DNA of 32,471 bases from Pseudomonadota bacterium (GTDB lineage Bacteria > Pseudomonadota > Gammaproteobacteria > Burkholderiales > Burkholderiaceae): assembly GCA_039805525.1 (NCBI GenBank), contig JBDLUB010000001.1, positions 1-32,471 on the forward strand, given 5' to 3'. The notes under the pieces are model-generated. The model was not told the origin of the DNA, searched no databases, and was given only the letters and a program-made list of their open reading frames with translations. The position numbers and the translations under genes were made by a program. Below are positions 1-6,252 of this stretch, piece by piece (positions within the stretch are counted from its first letter, which is position 1; each line of letters starts with the position of its first letter).

Positions 1-6
1 TATAAT
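1..6 (+). promoter_or_regulatory. sigma70 -10 box for tRNA-Met
   Basis: Perfect TATAAT ending 9 nt before the mature tRNA 5' end; the -35 would lie outside the window. Confidence 0.6.
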
Positions 7-15
7 TACCAGTTC

Positions 16-92
16 GGCGAATTAGCTCAGCTGGTTAGAGCGACGGAATCATAATCCGCAGGTCCGGGGTTCAAATCCCTGATTCGCCACCA
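16..92 (+). tRNA. tRNA-Met (CAT), probably elongator
   Basis: Cloverleaf: acceptor GGCGAAT/ATTCGCC, D arm GCTC..GAGC, anticodon CAT at 50-52, T arm CGGGG-TTCAAAT-CCCTG, encoded ACCA end. Paired G1-C72 argues against initiator; G2-C71/C3-G70 fits elongator Met. Confidence 0.95.
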
Positions 93-98
93 AATTCT

Positions 99-128
99 GC
101 CCTCAGCTTGTCTGGGGGCTTTGTTTTT
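99..128 (+). terminator. Rho-independent terminator after tRNA-Met
   Basis: GCCCTCAG-cttgt-CTGGGGGC hairpin (8 bp, one G-U) followed by TTTGTTTTT. Confidence 0.8.
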
Positions 129-154
129 GGACTGTTTATTGGTAAGGTATCTCG

Positions 155-301
155 ATGATTTCAAGAACATGGTGGATGATCTTTGGCTTTATTGCCCTTG
201 GCCTGGGTTTTTACATGTACATTCGGGATAAAGACCTCATTGGTATTGTGATTGCTATCTTAATTTTATTTGGTGCCTTCTCGACTAAACCCAAAAAATA
301 G
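155..301 (+). CDS. Putative 48-aa small membrane protein (two hydrophobic segments)
   Basis: Translated by hand: MISRTWWMIFGFIALGLGFYMYIRDKDLIGIVIAILILFGAFSTKPKK*. TAAGGT lies 6 nt upstream of the ATG. Below the ORF-track size cutoff. Confidence 0.6.
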   Translation: MISRTWWMIFGFIALGLGFYMYIRDKDLIGIVIAILILFGAFSTKPKK

Positions 302-307
302 TTTGTT

Positions 308-433
308 ATGGATCCAAAAACACGACGGGGGCGCGATGAAGTGGTTAAGCGTAAATATATTTATAAACCAGTCTTCATTATTTTTGGCATCCTAAATCTT
401 TTAATCATTGCCCTATTTGTTATTTCTCTCTAG
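308..433 (+). CDS. Putative 41-aa small protein, basic N-terminus and C-terminal hydrophobic helix
   Basis: Translated by hand: MDPKTRRGRDEVVKRKYIYKPVFIIFGILNLLIIALFVISL*. Starts 6 nt after the previous stop and overlaps the convergent 413..1669 gene by 21 nt. Confidence 0.45.
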   Translation: MDPKTRRGRDEVVKRKYIYKPVFIIFGILNLLIIALFVISL

Positions 434-1669
434 GTGATTTTTTAGTTCGTCCGATTTAGCTTCTAAGCTATATGGCTTAACCAGCAGCCAAACATGATTG
501 GGCACCATGTTTTTCATCTTCTTTGGCAGTTCTCTGCGAAGATGCAATACCGTTTCAATGGCTTTCATCTCCACCCGCGCTCTTGCGAACTCAAGCCCCC
601 TGGGTCCAATCTTTGGCATGAGCCACCCGACGATGGGTCTTAACCAATTGGGCATCTGTCGCAGCGGCAAACCGCCAGCTGCTAACTCAACGTTTTTCAT
701 AAATCCTTTGACCGGACCCACACGATTACCAGCACTCTCTGGTTCGGTTAGTTTGATTTGATTGCCTAATAAATTTAGTAGTTCCTCTCCCTGTTGATTG
801 CGCACAATTAACCATTGCTCGCCAGAGCCGCCCATGTAGCCAACCGTGATATCGGAGAGAGCATTGGTATAATCCACGCAGGTTCTACACGTCAATGGGA
901 AAAAATCAGGTCTAAGCTTGGATAACGGCAGCATCAAAAATGGAATTGTTTTTTTTCGTCCATCTTGATATCTCAACTCCACATGGTAGTCGGCTCTAAA
1001 CTCTAAATAAGTGATCTCTTCTGGGCTCTCATCAATCAGTTGTAAAAACTCATGAAAGTTCTCAGTGCTGGTATTGTCTGAACAGGGTGTGCCAATCACA
1101 TAGAGTTTCTTTAGGTTTAACTCTTTTTCTAAGGCCCTCAAGGCATAGACCTGGCAAGGAATGCCAATCACTCCAAGCCGTTGGTAATTTCTTTCTCTTG
1201 CGACGTCAAGAAGCGCTAGAAGCGGGGCGTATCCCATCCGCATACCCCGTGCTTGATGAAGCTCTTTAGCATCAGTGATCAAAACAGGAATAGGTCGCCA
1301 GCGATCGTCAGGATCTGGTGCCATTGTTAATACGGCATCTACTAAATTGTTCTTGAGAAGTTGGTTAGCAATCGAGGTTGTGATTCCGGTCCACTGGGCA
1401 CCCTCGAGCGGATCATGCATACTGGCTCGGTACATCTTGCGATAAACCCCAAAGAAGAGTTGATCGCCACTCAATGCTCGGTCTTTTCCATGAATTGCTT
1501 GCTCAAGGGACTCGTATTGAGGATCTATAAACTGACAGGCTCGACCACAGCGCTTGGGATCAGATGAACGAGAAATGCCACAGTCAGTACAGAGCTCGCG
1601 CTCGGGCGCATCGCTTTCAGTTTTGAAGAAAATAGTTCGCTTTTCGAGTGTTGATTTCAGAGTTGTCAT
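413..1669 (-). CDS. bciB: Coenzyme F420 hydrogenase beta-subunit (FrhB) family Fe-S flavoprotein; likely BciB-type ferredoxin-dependent 8-vinyl (proto)chlorophyllide reductase
   Basis: N-terminal LCTDCG..CGRACQF Cys cluster, GAQWTGITT, GIPCQV, GTPCSDN, CRTCVDYTNALSDITVGYMG and GPRGLEFAR, all motifs of the BciB/HCAR branch. The family call is strong; the specific activity is inferred. Confidence 0.75.
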   Translation of the reverse strand: MTTLKSTLEKRTIFFKTESDAPERELCTDCGISRSSDPKRCGRACQFIDPQYESLEQAIHGKDRALSGDQLFFGVYRKMYRASMHDPLEGAQWTGITTSIANQLLKNNLVDAVLTMAPDPDDRWRPIPVLITDAKELHQARGMRMGYAPLLALLDVARERNYQRLGVIGIPCQVYALRALEKELNLKKLYVIGTPCSDNTSTENFHEFLQLIDESPEEITYLEFRADYHVELRYQDGRKKTIPFLMLPLSKLRPDFFPLTCRTCVDYTNALSDITVGYMGGSGEQWLIVRNQQGEELLNLLGNQIKLTEPESAGNRVGPVKGFMKNVELAAGGLPLRQMPNWLRPIVGWLMPKIGPRGLEFARARVEMKAIETVLHLRRELPKKMKNMVPNHVWLLVKPYSLEAKSDELKNHLERNNK

Positions 1670-1712
1670 TACAAAGACAAGGATAGCAAATTAATCGTCT
1701 ATGATTAAATTT

Positions 1713-2384
1713 ATGAAACCAACTCTATATAGCTTCTGGCGTAGCTCCGCTGCCTTTCGGGTACGCATTGCACTCAATCTAAAAGGGATTGAATACGATG
1801 TGATTCCAGTCCACCTTCGCAAAGGCGGTGGTGAGCAGCTCAAGGAATCCTATCAATCCCTCAACCCAAATGGCTTAGTGCCTCTGTATATCGATGCGGG
1901 CGTTACCTTGCATCAATCTGCGGCCATCATTGAGTTCCTCGAAGAAAGATACCCTAATCCAGCCTTATTACCAAAGAACATCGAAGATCGGGCCTGGGTG
2001 CGTGGTTTGGCACAAGATATCGCCGCTGATATTCATCCGCTGAATAATCTTCGGGTTCTGCGCTATCTCGTTGGCAAACTTGGGGTTAGCGATGAAGCGC
2101 GCGTAGCTTGGTACAACCATTGGCTTGAAAAGGGGCTCGTGAGTCTAGAAAAACGTCTCTCGAACAATCCGCGCGTTGGCCAATTCTGCTATGGCGATCA
2201 GCCGGGTATGGCCGATGCATTTTTAGTTCCACAAGTCTTTAATGCATACGATGCCAAAATCAATTTTGCTAGCTATCCAACCCTAAATCGGATTACACAA
2301 AACTGCATGCAACTGTCTGCATTTGTGAATGCGTCTTGGGAACATCAAATTGATGCGGAAGGAAAAAATCCAGAGCCTAGCTAG
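1713..2384 (+). CDS. maiA: Maleylacetoacetate isomerase (GST zeta class)
   Basis: LYSFWRSSAAFRVRIALNLKG, LNPNGLVP, QSAAIIEFLEE and DIHPLNNLRVL motifs. Start likely ATG 1713 (ORF track gives 1701). Confidence 0.9.
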   Translation: MKPTLYSFWRSSAAFRVRIALNLKGIEYDVIPVHLRKGGGEQLKESYQSLNPNGLVPLYIDAGVTLHQSAAIIEFLEERYPNPALLPKNIEDRAWVRGLAQDIAADIHPLNNLRVLRYLVGKLGVSDEARVAWYNHWLEKGLVSLEKRLSNNPRVGQFCYGDQPGMADAFLVPQVFNAYDAKINFASYPTLNRITQNCMQLSAFVNASWEHQIDAEGKNPEPS

Positions 2385-3309
2385 GCGTCATCCACCACAC
2401 TAGGATCGATAGCGTAAATAAAGAACCTAGGGTAGTAATGAGTACGACCCTTGAGATCAGCGAACCATCGGCTCGGTAATACTGAGCCAGCATGAATGGA
2501 CCTGTACCCGTTGGCAAAGCGCTGACTAATACTGCGGCATAAACCCAAAACGTCGGTAATCCCAAGATAGGATCAGCTACCACCCAAACAACGAATGGCT
2601 GCAAGATCAGTTTTACAAACACAAGACTCCAAGTGGTCTTTGCAGGTGCGGCAGTTTTTTGAACCAAAAATAATCCAATTGACACCAAGGCGCACGGGCT
2701 AGCTGCAGCGCCCAGAAAACTCACAAACTGGCGCAGTGGCGCATAGAGCTCTAATCCAGTGGTCGCCCATAGCGCCCCACAAAATGGTGCGACTAATAGA
2801 GGATTGGTTGCCAGCGATTTAGCAACCGTTTTAATAATTTCACCAAACGGTTTTTTGGCATGCACCCCGAGCTCAATAAAGATGATCGCCACTGCAAACA
2901 GTGCGCACACCACAATCAAAGTCGCAATCACTGCGGGCCCAAGTCCGCTTTCACCAAACGCAAGTAGCAGAAGCGGGATGCCCATATAGCCAGTGTTCGC
3001 ATATGAACCGCTCAGGCTTTGAAAACTAGCAACGGTCCAATCCTTAGTCTGAATCCGGTAATAAATTAAGAGGGCCAGATAAACTAAAATGGCACCCGAG
3101 CTAAACGCAATAATGAAACCTGGTTGCCACAACTCCTGCCAATTACTGTGGGCAGTGAAGTCAAACATTTGAGCAGGAAGTGCGAGCCAAACTACAAACC
3201 GATTGATTTCGGTTGATGCGTTCGAACTTAATTTACCGGTTTTGCCACAAATGTATCCCGCCAGAATTAAGGCGAAGATCGGAATAATGACGTTAAGAAC
3301 GTGCAGCAA
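2377..3309 (-). CDS. AEC (auxin efflux carrier) family transporter
   Basis: About 10 hydrophobic segments; NTGYMGIPL, LATNPL, ASPCALVSIG, KLILQP and SALPTG motifs; TTG start. Confidence 0.85.
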   Translation of the reverse strand: MLHVLNVIIPIFALILAGYICGKTGKLSSNASTEINRFVVWLALPAQMFDFTAHSNWQELWQPGFIIAFSSGAILVYLALLIYYRIQTKDWTVASFQSLSGSYANTGYMGIPLLLLAFGESGLGPAVIATLIVVCALFAVAIIFIELGVHAKKPFGEIIKTVAKSLATNPLLVAPFCGALWATTGLELYAPLRQFVSFLGAAASPCALVSIGLFLVQKTAAPAKTTWSLVFVKLILQPFVVWVVADPILGLPTFWVYAAVLVSALPTGTGPFMLAQYYRADGSLISRVVLITTLGSLFTLSILVWWMTPS

Positions 3310-3316
3310 TGAAAAC

Positions 3317-3841
3317 CTATGAAATTTTCTTGAGGGTTTTGCGGTAGCGGACAGCGTTCTCGACGTAATGTGAGGAGATGCGATTCATCTCAGCAATCTG
3401 CTCCGGACTCAACGTTTTCACCGCTTTGGCTGGCGTTCCAATAATTAGAGAGCCATCTGGAAATTCTTTTCCTTCGGTAACTAACGCACCCGCACCAACT
3501 AAGCAATTTTTACCAATCTTGGCACCATTAAGGACAATGGCATTAATTCCGATAAGACTGCCATCGCCAATCGTGCAGCCATGCACCATCGCCTGATGAC
3601 CAATTGATACATTCTCACCCAAGGTAAGTGGCCAGCCATAGTCGGAGTGCAAAACGGCAGAATCTTGAATATTTGTGCCAGCTCCAATCCGAATCGGCTC
3701 GTTATCGCCCCGAATCACTACACGTGGCCAGACATTGGCATTTTTACCAAGATGAACTCGCCCAATGACTTCGGCAGAGTCTGCAACCCACGCCCCTTCT
3801 GCTAGCTCAGGGGAGATACCATCCAATTCATATATCGCCAT
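3317..3841 (-). CDS. Gamma-carbonic anhydrase family protein (YrdA/PaaY-like, left-handed beta-helix)
   Basis: Hexapeptide repeats; RGDNEPIRIG, NIQD and metal-binding His residues in VLH and GHQAMVHG. Confidence 0.9.
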   Translation of the reverse strand: MAIYELDGISPELAEGAWVADSAEVIGRVHLGKNANVWPRVVIRGDNEPIRIGAGTNIQDSAVLHSDYGWPLTLGENVSIGHQAMVHGCTIGDGSLIGINAIVLNGAKIGKNCLVGAGALVTEGKEFPDGSLIIGTPAKAVKTLSPEQIAEMNRISSHYVENAVRYRKTLKKIS

Positions 3842-3847
3842 CCTCTC

Positions 3848-3853
3848 ATTATA
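3848..3853 (-). promoter_or_regulatory. -10 box directly upstream of the gamma-CA start (leaderless-type)
   Basis: Minus strand reads TATAAT-GAGAGG-ATG, a 6-nt spacer. Confidence 0.55.
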
Positions 3854-3864
3854 GTGAGGCTAAA

Positions 3865-5067
3865 TTACCAGTTGGACTCACGATCTGGAGTGGCAGAAAT
3901 TTTATGAATACTAAGATCAGCTCCATCGTATTCATCTTCTTGGGACATTCGAATCCCAACCGATGCTTTAAGAAGCCCATAAACCAAAAATCCACCGGTT
4001 AAAGCAACCGCTACCCCCAATAAGCTACCGATTAATTGTGCAATAACATTGACACCGCCAAGCCCGCCTAAGGCTGTGAGACCAAATATACCTGCAGCGA
4101 TACCACCCCACAAACCGCACAAGCCATGCAATGGCCAAACACCAAGTACGTCGTCGATCTTCCAACGATTCTGTACTTTGGTAAACATATAGACAAACAA
4201 GGCGCCAGCGACCAATCCCACAAAGAGGGCCCCCAAGGGATGCATCAAATCAGAACCTGCACACACTGCCACCAGTCCCGCTAACGGCCCGTTGTATGAA
4301 AACCCTGGATCGTTACGCCCCACAAACCATGCAGCAAGTGTCCCGCCGACCATGGCCATCAGAGAGTTCAGAGCGACTAAGCCGCTAACCTTATCGATGG
4401 TTTGAGCACTCATCACATTAAAACCAAACCAACCAACGGTCAAAATCCAGGCGCCTAACGCGAGAAACGGAATGCTGGAGGGTGGATGCGCTGCGATCTG
4501 ACCCTCTTTTGAATAGCGTCCACGGCGCGCACCCAATAACAAGATAGCAGGCAAAGCGAGCCAACCACCGACCGCATGAACCACAATCGAGCCCGCAAAA
4601 TCATGAAACTCATCACCTGTGAGATTTTTAATCCAACCTTGTATTCCATAATGTTGGTTCCAAACAATGCCTTCAAAAAAAGGATAGATGAAACCAACAA
4701 TCACAAAGGTAGCAATCAATTGCGGATTAAACTTGGCGCGTTCCGCAATACCGCCAGAAATAATTGCTGGAATCGCTGCAGCAAATGTTAGTAAAAAGAA
4801 AAACTTGACGAGATCAAAGCCATTTTTTTGCGCCAATAATTCAGCATTTGAGAAAAAGTTGACCCCGTACGCAATGCTATACCCGATGAAAAAGTAAGCA
4901 ATCGTGGAGACTGAAAAATCCACCAAAATCTTAATTAGTGCATTGACTTGATTTTTCTTACGCACGGTTCCAAGTTCCAAAAAAGCAAACCCCGCATGCA
5001 TAGCCAAAACCATAATTGCGCCCAACAAAATGAATAGGACATCGGCCCCAGATTTCATCGCATCCAT
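3865..5067 (-). CDS. amt: Ammonium transporter (Amt family), about 400 aa
   Basis: GFAFLELG, ISGGIAER, DFAGSIVVH, GWFGFN, NGPLAGLVA and IDDVLGVWPLHG (twin His intact). Start moved to ATG 5067, which has an AGGGG RBS. Confidence 0.92.
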   Translation of the reverse strand: MDAMKSGADVLFILLGAIMVLAMHAGFAFLELGTVRKKNQVNALIKILVDFSVSTIAYFFIGYSIAYGVNFFSNAELLAQKNGFDLVKFFFLLTFAAAIPAIISGGIAERAKFNPQLIATFVIVGFIYPFFEGIVWNQHYGIQGWIKNLTGDEFHDFAGSIVVHAVGGWLALPAILLLGARRGRYSKEGQIAAHPPSSIPFLALGAWILTVGWFGFNVMSAQTIDKVSGLVALNSLMAMVGGTLAAWFVGRNDPGFSYNGPLAGLVAVCAGSDLMHPLGALFVGLVAGALFVYMFTKVQNRWKIDDVLGVWPLHGLCGLWGGIAAGIFGLTALGGLGGVNVIAQLIGSLLGVAVALTGGFLVYGLLKASVGIRMSQEDEYDGADLSIHKISATPDRESNW

Positions 5068-5136
5068 TAATACCCCTATTTTTGTTAGTGATTTTTCGGT
5101 ATTATGTTTCGAAGTGGAGCAATACGATCGCAATAT

Positions 5137-5153
5137 TGCACTCTTTCGGTGCA
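5137..5153. promoter_or_regulatory. NtrC-type binding site
   Basis: TGCAC-TCTTTCG-GTGCA matches the GCAC-N7-GTGC consensus, about 70 nt upstream of an ammonium transporter. Confidence 0.7.
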
Positions 5154-5178
5154 AATTATGTTTTTTAAGGGACTAATA

Positions 5179-5535
5179 ATGAAAAAACTGTTTCTATTAC
5201 TTGGATTAGGCGTATCTTTTTTAAGCACCCCAGTCATGGCTGAAAACAAAGCCTTAAGTACCCAAGAGCTCGTGAAGTACTGTCAGCTTCCTGCTAGCTC
5301 GGAATTTCGGTCGTTTTGTGTTGGTTACTCAACTGCGATTTACGATACCTACCTCGTAACCCGCCACCCAACGAATGCCAAACCGTTTATCTGCCTAAAG
5401 CAACCTGCACCCCCGATTGATACCGTCATTGCAGATTATGTGAATTGGGCAAAGCAAAATCAGCAATACGCTAATACCCCTGCAGCCGATAGCGCATTGC
5501 GTTACCTTGCCGGTCGCTTTCCTTGCGGTAAATAA
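5179..5535 (+). CDS. Secreted Rap1a/Tai-family immunity-like protein (118 aa)
   Basis: Signal peptide MKKLFLLLGLGVSFLSTPVMA; pattern ELVKYC..FCVGY..IYD..ICLK..PAADSALRYLAGRFPC typical of Rap1a; AAGGGA RBS before ATG 5179. Confidence 0.7.
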   Translation: MKKLFLLLGLGVSFLSTPVMAENKALSTQELVKYCQLPASSEFRSFCVGYSTAIYDTYLVTRHPTNAKPFICLKQPAPPIDTVIADYVNWAKQNQQYANTPAADSALRYLAGRFPCGK

Positions 5536-5558
5536 TTTTTATTTAGGAGAATTTGGTC

Positions 5559-5864
5559 ATGAAGAAATCACTACCTATCATTCTTGGTTCCGCATTGTTG
5601 ATTACGGGTTGCTCTAATATGGATACGACCCAACAGCGCACCTTATCCGGTGGCGCAATTGGCGCAACCGCTGGGGCGGTTGGAGCCGCAATCTTCCATA
5701 GCAACCCGATTTGGGGTGCAGTCGGTGGCGCAGCAGTTGGTGCAGCCTCGGGCTACGTGTACGACATGTATGAGAAAGACAAGCAAGCCCAATACAACAA
5801 AGGCTATCAAGCTGGTAAAGCGAGCTCTACCAACTCGAATAGCTCCTCATCAGGGTCAAAGTAA
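5559..5864 (+). CDS. Glycine-zipper lipoprotein (OsmB/YMGG-like)
   Basis: Lipobox LITGC; GGAIGATAGAVG..GAVGGAAVGAASG zipper; Ser-rich tail; AGGAGA RBS. Confidence 0.8.
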   Translation: MKKSLPIILGSALLITGCSNMDTTQQRTLSGGAIGATAGAVGAAIFHSNPIWGAVGGAAVGAASGYVYDMYEKDKQAQYNKGYQAGKASSTNSNSSSSGSK

Positions 5865-6242
5865 TTCAGTATTAATTTCAATCGTGCCAGTAAGTGCCTT
5901 GTGAACAGGGCATTTATTGGCAATCTCAAGCAATCGCTCTGATTGCTCTGCATCGGTGATACCTACAAGCTTGATTGAACGCTTGAATTTCTCGATCTCG
6001 TTTTCTCGTTCAATATCCACTGTCACAATTGCATCCTGTAGATCCCAAGACTTTCTCTTGGCATACATTTTGAGGGTCATGCCTGTGCAGGCAGCCAAAG
6101 CTGCACCCAGATACTCGTGAGGCGATGGTCCTAAAGCATCACCGCCCTTGTCTTTTGCAATATCCGAGATAAAACGATCATTACCTACCTCTAGGGCCTG
6201 CTGAAAATTATCACTACCAAATCGAGATACCACTGCTCTCAT
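5856..6242 (-). CDS. OsmC/Ohr family protein
   Basis: GPSPHEYLGAALAACT and ANKCPVHKAL two-Cys motifs. Start is uncertain (6242 or 6248). Confidence 0.85.
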   Translation of the reverse strand: MRAVVSRFGSDNFQQALEVGNDRFISDIAKDKGGDALGPSPHEYLGAALAACTGMTLKMYAKRKSWDLQDAIVTVDIERENEIEKFKRSIKLVGITDAEQSERLLEIANKCPVHKALTGTIEINTELL

Positions 6243-6252
6243 ACCCAATCCT

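Noticed and set aside
43-59. A-C mismatch at the top of the tRNA anticodon stem as a sign of a pseudo-tRNA or tRNA-Ile2
   Set aside because: All other arms, the CCA end, promoter and terminator are intact. A 27-43 mismatch is tolerated, and the acceptor stem fits elongator Met.
413-1669. True F420-reducing hydrogenase subunit
   Set aside because: No hydrogenase large/small subunit or maturation genes nearby, and the motifs fit the BciB/HCAR branch better.
5068-5178. Overlap between amt (track start 5154) and the Rap1a-like ORF (track start 5104)
   Set aside because: Artefact of longest-ORF calling. RBS-supported starts at 5067 and 5179 leave a normal divergent promoter region.
16-6250. Genomic island integrated at tRNA-Met
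   Set aside because: No integrase or transposase, and I saw no duplicated tRNA 3' end (att site). The only match, CAAATCCCTG inside ruvA near 30975, is 10 bp and likely chance. Parts of 130-1400 look AT-richer, but not consistently.
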